Shown here in pieces: positions 16,708 through 26,453 of a DNA stretch of 64,000 nucleotides. Both the position numbers and the translations under genes were made by a program. The stretch comes from Minisyncoccota bacterium (GTDB lineage: Bacteria > Patescibacteriota > Minisyncoccia > Phycocordibacterales > Phycocordibacteraceae), in the NCBI GenBank assembly GCA_036405415.1, contig DASWXP010000002.1, positions 492,450-556,449 on the forward strand, given 5' to 3'. Each line of letters opens with the position of its first letter. Position 1 is the first letter of the stretch. The notes under the pieces are model-generated. The model made no database searches and was not told the origin of the DNA. It saw only the letters and a program-made list of their open reading frames with translations.

Positions 16708-19700
16708 ATGGCTGATACAGAGAAATCAGAAGTCGCGAAGCGCGAGGAAGCGATACTCGCGTTCTGGAAGGAGAAAGGGGTCTTCGAGAAGACTCTTGGC
16801 AAAGACGCACCCAAGGGCGAGTTTGTGTTCTACGACGGCCCGCCATTTGCGACCGGTCTTCCGCATTCCGGTTCGCTCCTCTCTTCGGTCTCGAAGGATC
16901 TCATTCCGCGCTACAAGACCATGCGTGGGTACCGTGTCCGACGCCGATGGGGATGGGACACGCACGGTCTTCCTATCGAGTCACTTGTAGAGAAGAAGCT
17001 CGGCTTGAAGAACAAGAAAGAGATTCTTGAGATAGGCATCGAGAAATTCAATGAGACTGCACGCTCCATGGTGCTTGAATACGTGCATGACTGGAAGCGT
17101 TACGTTGAGCGCGTCGGTCGGTTCGTGGATTTCGATAATTCATATAAGACGATGGACAACACGTTCATCGAGTCGGTGTGGTGGGGACTCAAGGAGATCC
17201 ACAAGAAGGGAAGGCTGTATGAGGGCCGCAAGGTGCTTATGTACTGTCCGCACTGCGAGACGCCCCTTGCCAAGGCGGAGATCGCTATGGACAATACGTA
17301 CAAGGATGTAACCGAGGAAACCGCCACGGTTGCTTTCAGGGTTGTGGACTCAAGGGGTAGCGGACTCCCCGAAAACGCCTATCTTCTTGCCTGGACCACG
17401 ACGCCATGGACGCTTCCTGGGAACGTCGGGCTTGCGGTGGGAAGCGATATCGCCTATGGCGTGTATGAGAAGGACGGGAAGTATCTCGTTGCAGCGAAAG
17501 AGCGAGCGGAAGCACTTGGCCTTTCGAATGCGACACAGGAACTTACAGGCTCCGTACTTGTGGGCGTTACCTACGAGCCTCTCTACGAGATACCGAAGGT
17601 CGCTCGCCACGCCGGCAAGAAGTGGGAGGTGCTCTCAGCTGACTTCGTTACGACTACGGACGGTACCGGTATTGTGCACACGGCCGTAATCTACGGAGAG
17701 GACGATTACCAGCTCGGCGTGAAGGAGGGTCTTCCAATGGTGCCGATCCTCAATCCGAACGCTACGTATAACGATGACGCGCCTTTATTCCTGCGCGGGA
17801 AATACATCAAGAAGGCAGAGAGCGAGATCAAGGAGGACCTCGAGTCGCGCGGGCTTCTCTTTGCACGCGAGATGCATACACACTCATATCCGCACTGCTA
17901 TCGCTGCGGCACTGCGCTCATCTATAACGCGGTCTCGTCCTGGTTCATCGACATCCAGGCGGTGAAAGAGCGGATGCTCGCGGAGAACGAGAAGATCACG
18001 TGGGTGCCGGAGCACCTGAAGCACGGGCGCTTCAGGCATATCGTTGAGAGTGCCCCGGACTGGACTATCTCGCGTAACCGCTTTTGGGCGAGCCCGCTTC
18101 CTATATGGAAGGGCGCAGACGGCTCAGTGCACGTCATCGGCTCTCTTGCGGAACTCAAGGAGCGGACGAAGAAGAGCGGCAACCGCTACCTCGCAATGCG
18201 CCACGGAGAGACGGAGAACACGCTTATCTCGCGTTTGAGTAGCGACCCGACGAAGAATCCGCTTACCGAGAAGGGAAGGGAGCGCGTACGCGCCCGTGCA
18301 CAGGAGCTTAAAACGAATCCACCAACACGCATCTTCGCGTCCCCGGTTCTGCGTACTCGAGAAAGCGCGGAGATTATATGTGAAGAGCTTGGTCTCCCTA
18401 AGGACAAGCTGGTGTTCGACGAGCGCCTTCGCGAACTCACGTTCGGAGAATTCGAAGAGCGGTACCTTGAGGAATTCCTCGCCTGGAGGAATGCGCACGC
18501 CTATGACGAGGCGCCCGAGGGCGGCGAGAGTGGTCTTGAGGCTAAGCGCCGCTTTGGCGAATTCCTGTACGAGCTTGAGCGTACGTACGCGAACGAGATC
18601 ATTCTCATAGTGACGCACGGTATCGGTCTCGAATCGTTCACGGCGCTTGCGGATGGGCTTGAGAACAGGGAAGCGAAGGAGCTGATCGAATCGAGCTCGT
18701 TCTCTCCGGCGGAGGTCATCGAAGTTCCGTTTGTCCCGCTCCCGCACAACCGTGATTTCACGCTCGATTACCACCTCCCATACATTGATCGGGTGTCCCT
18801 CGTTGACGAAGCGGGTGAGCCGCTTACGCGAATTCCTGAGGTGGTGGATTGTTGGGTCGAGTCTGGCTCAATGCCGTTCGCGGAATACCACTATCCGTTT
18901 GAGAACAAGGAGGCGTTCGAGAAGCGCACTCCAGGAGATTTCATCTCGGAGTACATCGGCCAGACGCGCGCCTGGTTCTACTACATGCACGCGATTAGCC
19001 TCGAGCTTTTCGATCATCTCGCGTTTAGGAACGTGATCACTACCGGAAACGTACTTGCCGCTGATGGCGCGAAGCTCTCGAAGAGCAAGAACAACTACAC
19101 CGATCCGTACCTTCTCTTCGAGAAGTACGGCGCAGATGCGTTCCGCTACACGCTCATGTCGAGCGTGGTGATGCAGGCTGAAGACCTTACGTTCAGGGAC
19201 GACGACGTGAAGGATGCGCATGCACGTGTCGTAAACATGTTGCGGAATATCTACGGATTCTTTGAGATCTATAAGGACGAGCTTGCCCCGGATGCTCGCC
19301 CTTCTGCAGAGCATCCACTTGATCGCTGGATTCAGGCACGGCTTGATGCGCTTGTAACGGATGTCACTGATTCCTTTGATCGGTATGACGTACCGCGTGG
19401 CGTGCGTGCGTATCGTGATTTCATAGATGATCTGTCTAACTGGTACGTACGTCGCTCTCGCGATCGTGCGAAAGGCGAAGACGAGGGTGATAAGCAGCGG
19501 ATGCTTGCGATGCTGCGCTCGGTGCTCGCTACCTTCTCAAAGACAATTGCGCCCGTGATGCCGTTCATTGCTGAGGAGATCTATCAGGGTGTCCGTAGGG
19601 AATCGGATCCAGAGAGCGTCCACCTTGCATCTTGGCCTTCGGTTGAAAAGGGCATATTCGATGCCCTTAGTGGAAAGGCAAAGAAGGACGCGATGCTTCT

Positions 19701-20085
19701 TGAAGAAATGAAGCGCACCCGTACGCTTGCGTCCGAAGCACTCCGCTTGCGCCAGAAAGCGGACCTAAAGGTGCGTCAGCCGCTTGCAAGCCTTTCGATT
19801 CCTGGAACGCTTCCTATTGAGCTCGCAAAGATCCTTTCTGAGGAGCTCAACGTGAAGGAGATTCGCATGAACGCTGAACAGATGGCGCTCGACACCGAGC
19901 TCACCCCTGAACTCATCGCGGAAGGAGACGAACGCGCGTTCCAGCGCGCGGTCGCAGAAGCACGCAAGGCAGAAGGCTTCTCGCCGAAGGATCACGCTAC
20001 CGTCACGAAGCGGGAGGACGGCGCGCATGTCGCGGAGCTGTCTACGGGCCCGGTACGCTTCTCGCTCTCGCGCGATGCGTCATAA
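16708..20085 (+). CDS. ileS: isoleucine--tRNA ligase (eukaryote-like/type 2) with an in-frame histidine-phosphatase (PGAM-like) domain insertion
   Basis: PPFATGLPHSGSLL (HYGH position), CP1 editing motif WTTTPWTLPGN, KMSKS as KLSKS. About 190 aa inserted between PLPIW and VVDCWVESGSMPF carry RHGE...ASPVLRTRESA...IVTHG histidine-phosphatase signatures. Confidence 0.9.
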   Translation: MADTEKSEVAKREEAILAFWKEKGVFEKTLGKDAPKGEFVFYDGPPFATGLPHSGSLLSSVSKDLIPRYKTMRGYRVRRRWGWDTHGLPIESLVEKKLGLKNKKEILEIGIEKFNETARSMVLEYVHDWKRYVERVGRFVDFDNSYKTMDNTFIESVWWGLKEIHKKGRLYEGRKVLMYCPHCETPLAKAEIAMDNTYKDVTEETATVAFRVVDSRGSGLPENAYLLAWTTTPWTLPGNVGLAVGSDIAYGVYEKDGKYLVAAKERAEALGLSNATQELTGSVLVGVTYEPLYEIPKVARHAGKKWEVLSADFVTTTDGTGIVHTAVIYGEDDYQLGVKEGLPMVPILNPNATYNDDAPLFLRGKYIKKAESEIKEDLESRGLLFAREMHTHSYPHCYRCGTALIYNAVSSWFIDIQAVKERMLAENEKITWVPEHLKHGRFRHIVESAPDWTISRNRFWASPLPIWKGADGSVHVIGSLAELKERTKKSGNRYLAMRHGETENTLISRLSSDPTKNPLTEKGRERVRARAQELKTNPPTRIFASPVLRTRESAEIICEELGLPKDKLVFDERLRELTFGEFEERYLEEFLAWRNAHAYDEAPEGGESGLEAKRRFGEFLYELERTYANEIILIVTHGIGLESFTALADGLENREAKELIESSSFSPAEVIEVPFVPLPHNRDFTLDYHLPYIDRVSLVDEAGEPLTRIPEVVDCWVESGSMPFAEYHYPFENKEAFEKRTPGDFISEYIGQTRAWFYYMHAISLELFDHLAFRNVITTGNVLAADGAKLSKSKNNYTDPYLLFEKYGADAFRYTLMSSVVMQAEDLTFRDDDVKDAHARVVNMLRNIYGFFEIYKDELAPDARPSAEHPLDRWIQARLDALVTDVTDSFDRYDVPRGVRAYRDFIDDLSNWYVRRSRDRAKGEDEGDKQRMLAMLRSVLATFSKTIAPVMPFIAEEIYQGVRRESDPESVHLASWPSVEKGIFDALSGKAKKDAMLLEEMKRTRTLASEALRLRQKADLKVRQPLASLSIPGTLPIELAKILSEELNVKEIRMNAEQMALDTELTPELIAEGDERAFQRAVAEARKAEGFSPKDHATVTKREDGAHVAELSTGPVRFSLSRDAS

Positions 20086-20626
20086 GTACGCGACGCAGGC
20101 CATCGTGCTCGCGCGTACGCCGCTCAAGGAATCGGCAACGCTGCTCACTTTGCTTACGGAGGAGTTCGGGGTGCTGCGAGCACGCGCTGAAGGGCTCAGG
20201 AAACCCGGGGCGAAGCTCGCACACGCGCTTCAGACGCTGGACCAGTGCGACGTCACCCTTGTGCGCGGCAAGGAAGGCTGGCGGCTCTCAGGAGCTCACC
20301 TCGAAGAGCGCTGGTTCGGGAAGCTCGATCGTAGAGGACGCGAGCGAGCGGGACGGGTGAACGGACTATTGCTCCGGCTCGTACACGGAGAGACCAACGA
20401 CACCTTCCTGTTCTCGATATTCCTCCGCTTCCTTGAGGCGCTCTCTGGGAGGGAAGAGGAGGCGCAGGATGCAGCCGAGTGCTTTGCGGCGCTTCGCATG
20501 CTCGCGTCGTTGGGTCTTGATGCAGGTGCTATTCCGGAGGATAACGAGTACGCGCCGCTTGCCCCAGACGAGCGTCGCGAGCTCGTGACGCGCATCAACC
20601 GCGGAATCGCGGCCTCGGGGCTCTAA
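20075..20626 (+). CDS. recO: DNA repair protein RecO-like
   Basis: N-terminal OB-fold pattern (TQAIVLARTPLKESATLLTLLTEEFGVLRARAEG). Start overlaps the ileS stop by 11 nt. Shorter than E. coli RecO. Confidence 0.5.
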   Translation: MRHKYATQAIVLARTPLKESATLLTLLTEEFGVLRARAEGLRKPGAKLAHALQTLDQCDVTLVRGKEGWRLSGAHLEERWFGKLDRRGRERAGRVNGLLLRLVHGETNDTFLFSIFLRFLEALSGREEEAQDAAECFAALRMLASLGLDAGAIPEDNEYAPLAPDERRELVTRINRGIAASGL

Positions 20627-20630
20627 GCAC

Positions 20631-22502
20631 TTGCTATACTGGGGAACGATGCCTCCGAATGGTCCTGACGATACGAGTTCGCTCGAGCGGTTGCGCCAGC
20701 GGTTATATGCGCCCGAGGCGCCTGAGGGTTTCCCTGCGCCCGCGCTACGTCCTGAAGCGGCCCAGCCTGCCCAGACAGAAGGATGGACGCCGCCTCCGCT
20801 TCCTGTGTCGCCGAAGAAGCCGAAGGTCTCGTGGCCGGCGATATTCCTCGGGATAGCGGGAATCTTTTTCCTTATCGCGCTTGCCGTAGCAGCGTACTTC
20901 CTCGTCTTCGGCGGTCGTGCCGTATCCACCGAGCGCATCGCGCTTACGGTGGACGGGCAGACGGCGGTAGGCAGCGGGGACGTGGCAACGCTCCTCATTT
21001 CCGTAGAGAATCGCAACCCGGTCACGATTCTCAATACCTCGATCCGTGCAGAGTTCCCTGAGACCGCACGCGCTCCGGAAGATAACGCGCGTCCGTTCGT
21101 GCATTACGAGGACACCATGGGCGATGTTCCGTCAGGAGAGACGGCTACCCGCTCTGTGCGCGTCGTGCTGTACGGGGGAGAGAACGAGCGGGTGGTGGTG
21201 CCGGTCCGGTTCGAGTATCGCGTCGAAGGATCGAACGCCACGTATGTGAAGGAGACCAAGCACGAGATCCTCATAAGCTCCTCGCCGCTCTCCATCCGTG
21301 CCGAGGCGGTATCCGAAGCGTCGGTGGGCCAGCCCATAACGTTCGCGGTTACGGTTCGCTCGAACGCGAAAGAACCACTTGAGAACGTCGCGGTGTACGG
21401 ACAGTACCCGTTCGGCTTCACTCCGGCCCGCGGCCAGGCGGCCCTTATCCCGGTAGGAACGCTCGCGCCCGGGGAAGAGCGCACCGTAACGGTCACGGGT
21501 ACCCTTTCAGGGGAAGACAATGAGGAGCGAGTGCTCCGGTTCTCTGCGGGAACGCGCACCAGCCCTGACGCAAACCTGCTCGCGGTCACGTACGCGACCG
21601 CGATAACACCGGTCACGCTCGCAAAGCCGTTCCTCGCCACAAGCCTCTCGTTCAACCGCGACACGAGCGCCACTCCGGTGCTCGAAGCCGGTGCACCGGT
21701 GCAGGGGATCATCTCGTGGGTGAATACGACCGCGGCGGGCATTCTCGACGCGCAGGTGACGCTGCGCTTCGAGGGGAATGCGCTAGATACGAATTCAATC
21801 GCGGGGTACGGAGGCTTCTACCGCTCCTCTGACCGCACCATCATCTACTCCCGAGAGACCGAGATGGGTCTTGCCCGACTCGATCCAGGGGCTACCGGCA
21901 GTGGTTCGTTCAGCTTCAAGACCAAGAACGCAGAAGCGCTCGTAGGAACGCGCAGCCCTTCAGTAGACATCACGGTATCAGTTTCAGGCAGGCGCGTGGG
22001 CGAAGGGAACGTTCCGGAGACCATTAACGCGTCCCTAACCCGCACGCTCAAGGTCGGGACGAGCCTCGCGCTCTCTGGCCGCGTAAGTCATCGCGGAGGC
22101 CCGCTTCCGCCGATGGCGGACCAGGAAAGCCGCTACGCGATCGTGCTCGCGCTATCGAACACCGTGAACACGGTCGCGGACGCAACCGTTACCGGAACCT
22201 TGCCGTCCTACGTGCGCTTCGTAAGCAGCACGGATTCTTCGATCACGTACAACGAGACGAGCCGTACGGTGACCTGGAAGGCAGGAGAGGTGGCGTCCGG
22301 TGCCGGGTTCTCAGCGGGTGCGCGCCAGGGAACCTTTGAGGTTGCCGTGTTGCCAAGCGCTTCGCAGCGGGGTACAAGTCCTGTACTCATGTCCTCGCTC
22401 GAGGTTACAGGTGTCGACCGCTATACGCAGGGCCAGATCCAAGGTGCAGGCACCGCGATCACCACCGACACCTCCGGGCAGGGGACAGGAACCGTGCGTT
22501 AA
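20631..22502 (+). CDS. hypothetical large membrane-anchored extracytoplasmic protein
   Basis: 623 aa with a Pro-rich cytoplasmic N-terminus, one TM helix (IFLGIAGIFFLIALAVAAYFLVF), then a ~520-aa beta-rich Thr/Ser/Val-rich domain with no recognisable motif. Confidence 0.45.
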   Translation: MLYWGTMPPNGPDDTSSLERLRQRLYAPEAPEGFPAPALRPEAAQPAQTEGWTPPPLPVSPKKPKVSWPAIFLGIAGIFFLIALAVAAYFLVFGGRAVSTERIALTVDGQTAVGSGDVATLLISVENRNPVTILNTSIRAEFPETARAPEDNARPFVHYEDTMGDVPSGETATRSVRVVLYGGENERVVVPVRFEYRVEGSNATYVKETKHEILISSSPLSIRAEAVSEASVGQPITFAVTVRSNAKEPLENVAVYGQYPFGFTPARGQAALIPVGTLAPGEERTVTVTGTLSGEDNEERVLRFSAGTRTSPDANLLAVTYATAITPVTLAKPFLATSLSFNRDTSATPVLEAGAPVQGIISWVNTTAAGILDAQVTLRFEGNALDTNSIAGYGGFYRSSDRTIIYSRETEMGLARLDPGATGSGSFSFKTKNAEALVGTRSPSVDITVSVSGRRVGEGNVPETINASLTRTLKVGTSLALSGRVSHRGGPLPPMADQESRYAIVLALSNTVNTVADATVTGTLPSYVRFVSSTDSSITYNETSRTVTWKAGEVASGAGFSAGARQGTFEVAVLPSASQRGTSPVLMSSLEVTGVDRYTQGQIQGAGTAITTDTSGQGTGTVR

Positions 22503-22514
22503 CATTTTCGTACT

Positions 22515-23894
22515 ATGACCGTATCGCTGGAACAGATCGTATCGCTCGCCAAGAGGCGCGGGTTCATATTCCCGGGCTCCGAGATCTATGGCGGCCTTGC
22601 CGGCACCTTCGACTACGGCCCTTTGGGCGTCGCGCTCAAGAACAACGTGAAGGCGCTCTGGTGGAAGCGCTTCGTCGAGGACCGTGACGACATGTACGGC
22701 GTGGACGCGTCGCTCATCATGCCGGCGCGCGTATGGGAGGCGTCCGGGCACACCGAGACGTTCAACGACCCGCTCGTGTCTGACGCAAAGACCGGAGAGC
22801 GGTTCCGTCTTGATCATGTGCTCGAAGCAGCCGGTATCGATCCGGCTGGCATGACGCTCGAGGACATGTGGAGCGCGCTTCAGGAAGCGGGCCTTACGAC
22901 TCCTTCCGGAAACGCGTACGAGCAGCCGACGAAGTTCAACCTCTTGTTCCCGGTAACCATGGGAGCGTCCCAAGGGTCCGCGACGCTCGCATACCTGCGC
23001 GGCGAGACGGCGCAAGGCATGTTCGTGAACTTCAAGAACGTCATCGACGCGTACCATCCGAAGCTTCCGTTCGGCATGGGGCAGATAGGGAAGGCGTTCC
23101 GCAACGAGATCGCGCCGCGCGAGTTCGTGTTCCGCCTGCGCGAGCTCGAGCAGCTGGAGGTCGAGTATTTCGTGCGCCCAACGGCATGGAAAGAGTCGTT
23201 TGAGGCATGGCGGCTTGAGATGCAGGCATTCGCGAAGGACCTCGGGCTTCCTATGGACAAGCTGCATGAGAAGGAGATCGGCGACGAGGATCGCGCGCAC
23301 TACAGCGAGCGCACCATCGACTTCGAGTATGAGTTCCCGACCGGGACGAAGGAACTATGGGGTCTCGCGTACCGCACCGACTACGACCTCTCTCGTCACG
23401 CTGAGTATTCAGGCGTCTCGCTCACGTATCTTGATGAGGAGGCGAAGGAGAAGATCGTGCCGCACGTGATCGAGCCATCGCTTGGCCTTGAGCGTACGGT
23501 GCTCGCGGTGCTCGCGTCCGCGTATGACGAGGACGAGCTCGGGGAAGAGAAGCGTGTGGTGCTCCGGCTTTCCCCGAAGGTCGCGCCCGTGAAGGCGATG
23601 GTGTCGCCGCTCCTTAAGAACAAGCCGGAACTGGTCGCGAAAGCGAAGGAGGTGCGTGCCGCGCTCAAGAAGGCGCATCCGGCAATCGCGTGGGACGACA
23701 ACGGTAATATCGGTAAGCGCTATCGCCGCCAGGACGAGATCGGTACGCCGTTCTGCGTTACGGTAGATTTCGATACGCTCGGGGAGACGCCAGAGCTTCT
23801 GGGAACCGTGACGCTCCGGCACCGAGATACCGGCGAACAGGAGCGCCTTACGGTCGAGGAAGTCATAGAGCGCATCCGAGAGTCGCTCGCCTAA
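22515..23894 (+). CDS. glyQS: glycine--tRNA ligase (dimeric alpha2, GlyQS type)
   Basis: N-terminus LAKRRGFIFPGSEIYGGLAGTFDYGPLG and class II motifs (FRNEIAPREF). 459 aa. Confidence 0.9.
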   Translation: MTVSLEQIVSLAKRRGFIFPGSEIYGGLAGTFDYGPLGVALKNNVKALWWKRFVEDRDDMYGVDASLIMPARVWEASGHTETFNDPLVSDAKTGERFRLDHVLEAAGIDPAGMTLEDMWSALQEAGLTTPSGNAYEQPTKFNLLFPVTMGASQGSATLAYLRGETAQGMFVNFKNVIDAYHPKLPFGMGQIGKAFRNEIAPREFVFRLRELEQLEVEYFVRPTAWKESFEAWRLEMQAFAKDLGLPMDKLHEKEIGDEDRAHYSERTIDFEYEFPTGTKELWGLAYRTDYDLSRHAEYSGVSLTYLDEEAKEKIVPHVIEPSLGLERTVLAVLASAYDEDELGEEKRVVLRLSPKVAPVKAMVSPLLKNKPELVAKAKEVRAALKKAHPAIAWDDNGNIGKRYRRQDEIGTPFCVTVDFDTLGETPELLGTVTLRHRDTGEQERLTVEEVIERIRESLA

Positions 23895-23924
23895 AAAAGC
23901 GGCAGCCCGGCTGCCGCTTTTCGG
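23894..23924 (+). terminator. intrinsic terminator after glyQS
   Basis: aaaagcggcagcc-cgg-ctgccgctttt. Confidence 0.6.
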
Positions 23925-23945
23925 TTTCGTGGTACCATTTTCCTC

Positions 23946-25004
23946 ATGCAAAAGAACGTCTCCATCACCATCACCCCGGGCACGATCATTATGGCGCTCC
24001 TCATAGGAGCGGCAGCCTACGCGCTCTGGCTGCTTCGGGACATCGCGCTTCTCGTGCTCACGGCGATCGTTATCGCGTCGGCGATCGAGCCGGGCGTGAC
24101 CTTCTTCACGCGCCGCCGCATCCACCGCATCGTTGCGGTTACGGTCATGTACCTCGTGGTCTTCGGAGCGCTCTTCGGGCTCGTGTACGCGTTCGTCCCT
24201 CCTATCCTTGAGGAGGCCCAGAGCTTCCTCTCGAGCGCGCCGCAGTATCTCGATACGCTTAACCTGCCGACATCGCTCACGGGCGTGGCGGAGACGGCGC
24301 GGACTGCGACCGCGGGGCAATCGCAGTCCATCTTCGATACGATCTTCGCGTTCCAGTCTGCGTTCGCGGATACTTCAGGAGGCGTGGTGCGCGTGGTGTC
24401 GACGTTCTTCGGCGGCATCTTCTCCCTGTTCCTCGTGATCGTGCTCTCGTTCTACTTCGCCGTGCAATCAACCGGCGTCGAGGACTTTATCCGCCTCCTT
24501 TCTCCGGCGAAGCACGAGCAGTACGCGGTAGGTCTCTGGCTGCGCGCCCAGCGCAAGATAGGGCAGTGGATGCAGGGACAGCTCCTGCTGTCGCTTATCT
24601 CAGGAACCATCACGTATCTCGGTCTCCTCATCCTCGGGGTACCGTACGCGCTTCTCCTTGCGGTTATCGCAGCTGTCATGAACCTCGTGCCGGTGTTCGG
24701 CTCCCTTATCGCCGGCGTGTTCGCTACCGTCGTCGCGTTCGGGGCAGGGGGCGTCACGCTCGCGCTCATCGTGGCGGGCCTCTTCCTCATCATCAACCAG
24801 TTCGAAGGAAACCTGCTGTATCCGCTCGTCGTGAACAAGGTGGTGGGCATCCCGCCGCTTCTCGTCATCCTCGCGCTTCTCGTAGGCGGCAGCCTTGCCG
24901 GGTTCCTCGGTGTGCTCCTCTCGATCCCGCTTGCTGCAGCATTCCGCGAGTTCCTGTCTGATATCGAGCGCAACAAGCGCCTACGGGCTGCGCACGAGGC
25001 GTAA
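23946..25004 (+). CDS. AI-2E family transporter (PerM-like permease)
   Basis: 352 aa, about 8 TM helices, and a conserved AI-2E C-terminal core (NLLYPLVVNKVVGIPPLLVILALLVGGSLAGFLGVLLSIP). Confidence 0.7.
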   Translation: MQKNVSITITPGTIIMALLIGAAAYALWLLRDIALLVLTAIVIASAIEPGVTFFTRRRIHRIVAVTVMYLVVFGALFGLVYAFVPPILEEAQSFLSSAPQYLDTLNLPTSLTGVAETARTATAGQSQSIFDTIFAFQSAFADTSGGVVRVVSTFFGGIFSLFLVIVLSFYFAVQSTGVEDFIRLLSPAKHEQYAVGLWLRAQRKIGQWMQGQLLLSLISGTITYLGLLILGVPYALLLAVIAAVMNLVPVFGSLIAGVFATVVAFGAGGVTLALIVAGLFLIINQFEGNLLYPLVVNKVVGIPPLLVILALLVGGSLAGFLGVLLSIPLAAAFREFLSDIERNKRLRAAHEA

Positions 25005-25010
25005 CCGCCT

Positions 25011-26453
25011 ATGGCTCGCTACCTCACGACGACGCTTCCATACGTGAATGCGGACCCGCACATCGGGTTTGCGCTTGAGATCGTGCAGGCCGATGCGCTT
25101 GCGCGTTCGTGGCGCCTTCAGGGTGAGGAGGTGTTCTTCTCGACCGGTACCGACGAGCACGGACAGAAGATCTTCCAGGCCGCAGAGAAAGCCGGGAAGG
25201 GCGTTCAGGAATACGTGGATCATTACGCCAAGGAATTCGAGAAGCTCAAAGGAGCGCTTTCCATCACGAATGACGCGTTCATCCGCACTACGGATCTCTC
25301 TCATATCCGCGCCGCGCAGGAGATGTGGCGTCGCTGCGCCGCGTCTGGCGATATCTATAAGAAGAGCTACACCGGCAGGTACTGCGTGGGCTGTGAGTCT
25401 TTCAAGGTTGAGAAGGATCTTTCTGAAGACGGACACTGCCTTATCCATACGAACCTGGTAGCGGAAGAAATAACGGAAGAGAATTACTTCTTCCGTTTCT
25501 CGAAATATCAGGACCAGCTCCTTTCATATCTTTCGAAAGAAGACACGATTAAGCCGGACTGGCGTCGCCAGGAAGCAATCAACTTCGTCTCAGGAGGGCT
25601 TGAGGATTTCAGCATCTCGCGCGAGAAGGCGCGTCTCTCGTGGGGCATTCCGGTGCCGGACGACGAGAGCCAGGTTATGTATGTCTGGTTTGATGCGCTC
25701 ACCAACTACATCTCGACGCTCGGCTGGCCTGAGGAAGGCGGGAAATTCAAGGCGTTCTGGGAAGACGGGGCCGTGCTTCAGGTGGCAGGGAAGGACCAGG
25801 TGCGCTTCCAGTCCCTTATGTGGCAGGCGATGCTCATGTCCGCGAAGGTGAAGAATACGGACACCGTCTTCTATCACGGCTTCATCAACTCGGGCGGGCA
25901 GAAGATGTCAAAGTCCTTGGGGAACGTGATTAGCCCGAATGAGCTCGTAGAGAAGTACGGCACTGACGCTACGCGCTACATGCTTCTGCGCCACGTGCAC
26001 CCGAGCGAGGACTCAGACGTCACATGGGAACGCATGGATGAGTGGTATACCGCGAACCTCGTGAACGGTCTCGGGAACCTTGTGGCGCGCGTGATGAAGC
26101 TTGCAGGAGACAATCTCGAGGGACCGGTTACCCTCGAGTCTTCTGACACCACTATCGACGAAGCGTTCTCGCACGCACTCGATGCGTTCCGCTTCAATGA
26201 CGCTATGGATTACGTGTTCGCGATTATCGCCGAGTGCGATGCGTACATGACTGCGAAGGAGCCTTTTAGGAAAGTGAAGAGCGAGGACCGGGGAATACAG
26301 GAAGAGGGCAGGGAGGATCTTCGGTTCCTCGTACGCAAACTCGCGCTCATCGCTACCCATCTCGCGCCCCTCATGCCACAAACCGCGGATACGGTCCTTG
26401 CGGCGGTCCAGACGAACAAGAAGCCGGAGAACCTGTTCCCGCGCCTTTCCTAA
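25011..26453 (+). CDS. metG: methionine--tRNA ligase (short form, no C-terminal tRNA-binding domain)
   Basis: LPYVNADPHIGFALE (HIGH position), KMSKS present as QKMSKSLGNV. 480 aa. Confidence 0.9.
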   Translation: MARYLTTTLPYVNADPHIGFALEIVQADALARSWRLQGEEVFFSTGTDEHGQKIFQAAEKAGKGVQEYVDHYAKEFEKLKGALSITNDAFIRTTDLSHIRAAQEMWRRCAASGDIYKKSYTGRYCVGCESFKVEKDLSEDGHCLIHTNLVAEEITEENYFFRFSKYQDQLLSYLSKEDTIKPDWRRQEAINFVSGGLEDFSISREKARLSWGIPVPDDESQVMYVWFDALTNYISTLGWPEEGGKFKAFWEDGAVLQVAGKDQVRFQSLMWQAMLMSAKVKNTDTVFYHGFINSGGQKMSKSLGNVISPNELVEKYGTDATRYMLLRHVHPSEDSDVTWERMDEWYTANLVNGLGNLVARVMKLAGDNLEGPVTLESSDTTIDEAFSHALDAFRFNDAMDYVFAIIAECDAYMTAKEPFRKVKSEDRGIQEEGREDLRFLVRKLALIATHLAPLMPQTADTVLAAVQTNKKPENLFPRLS

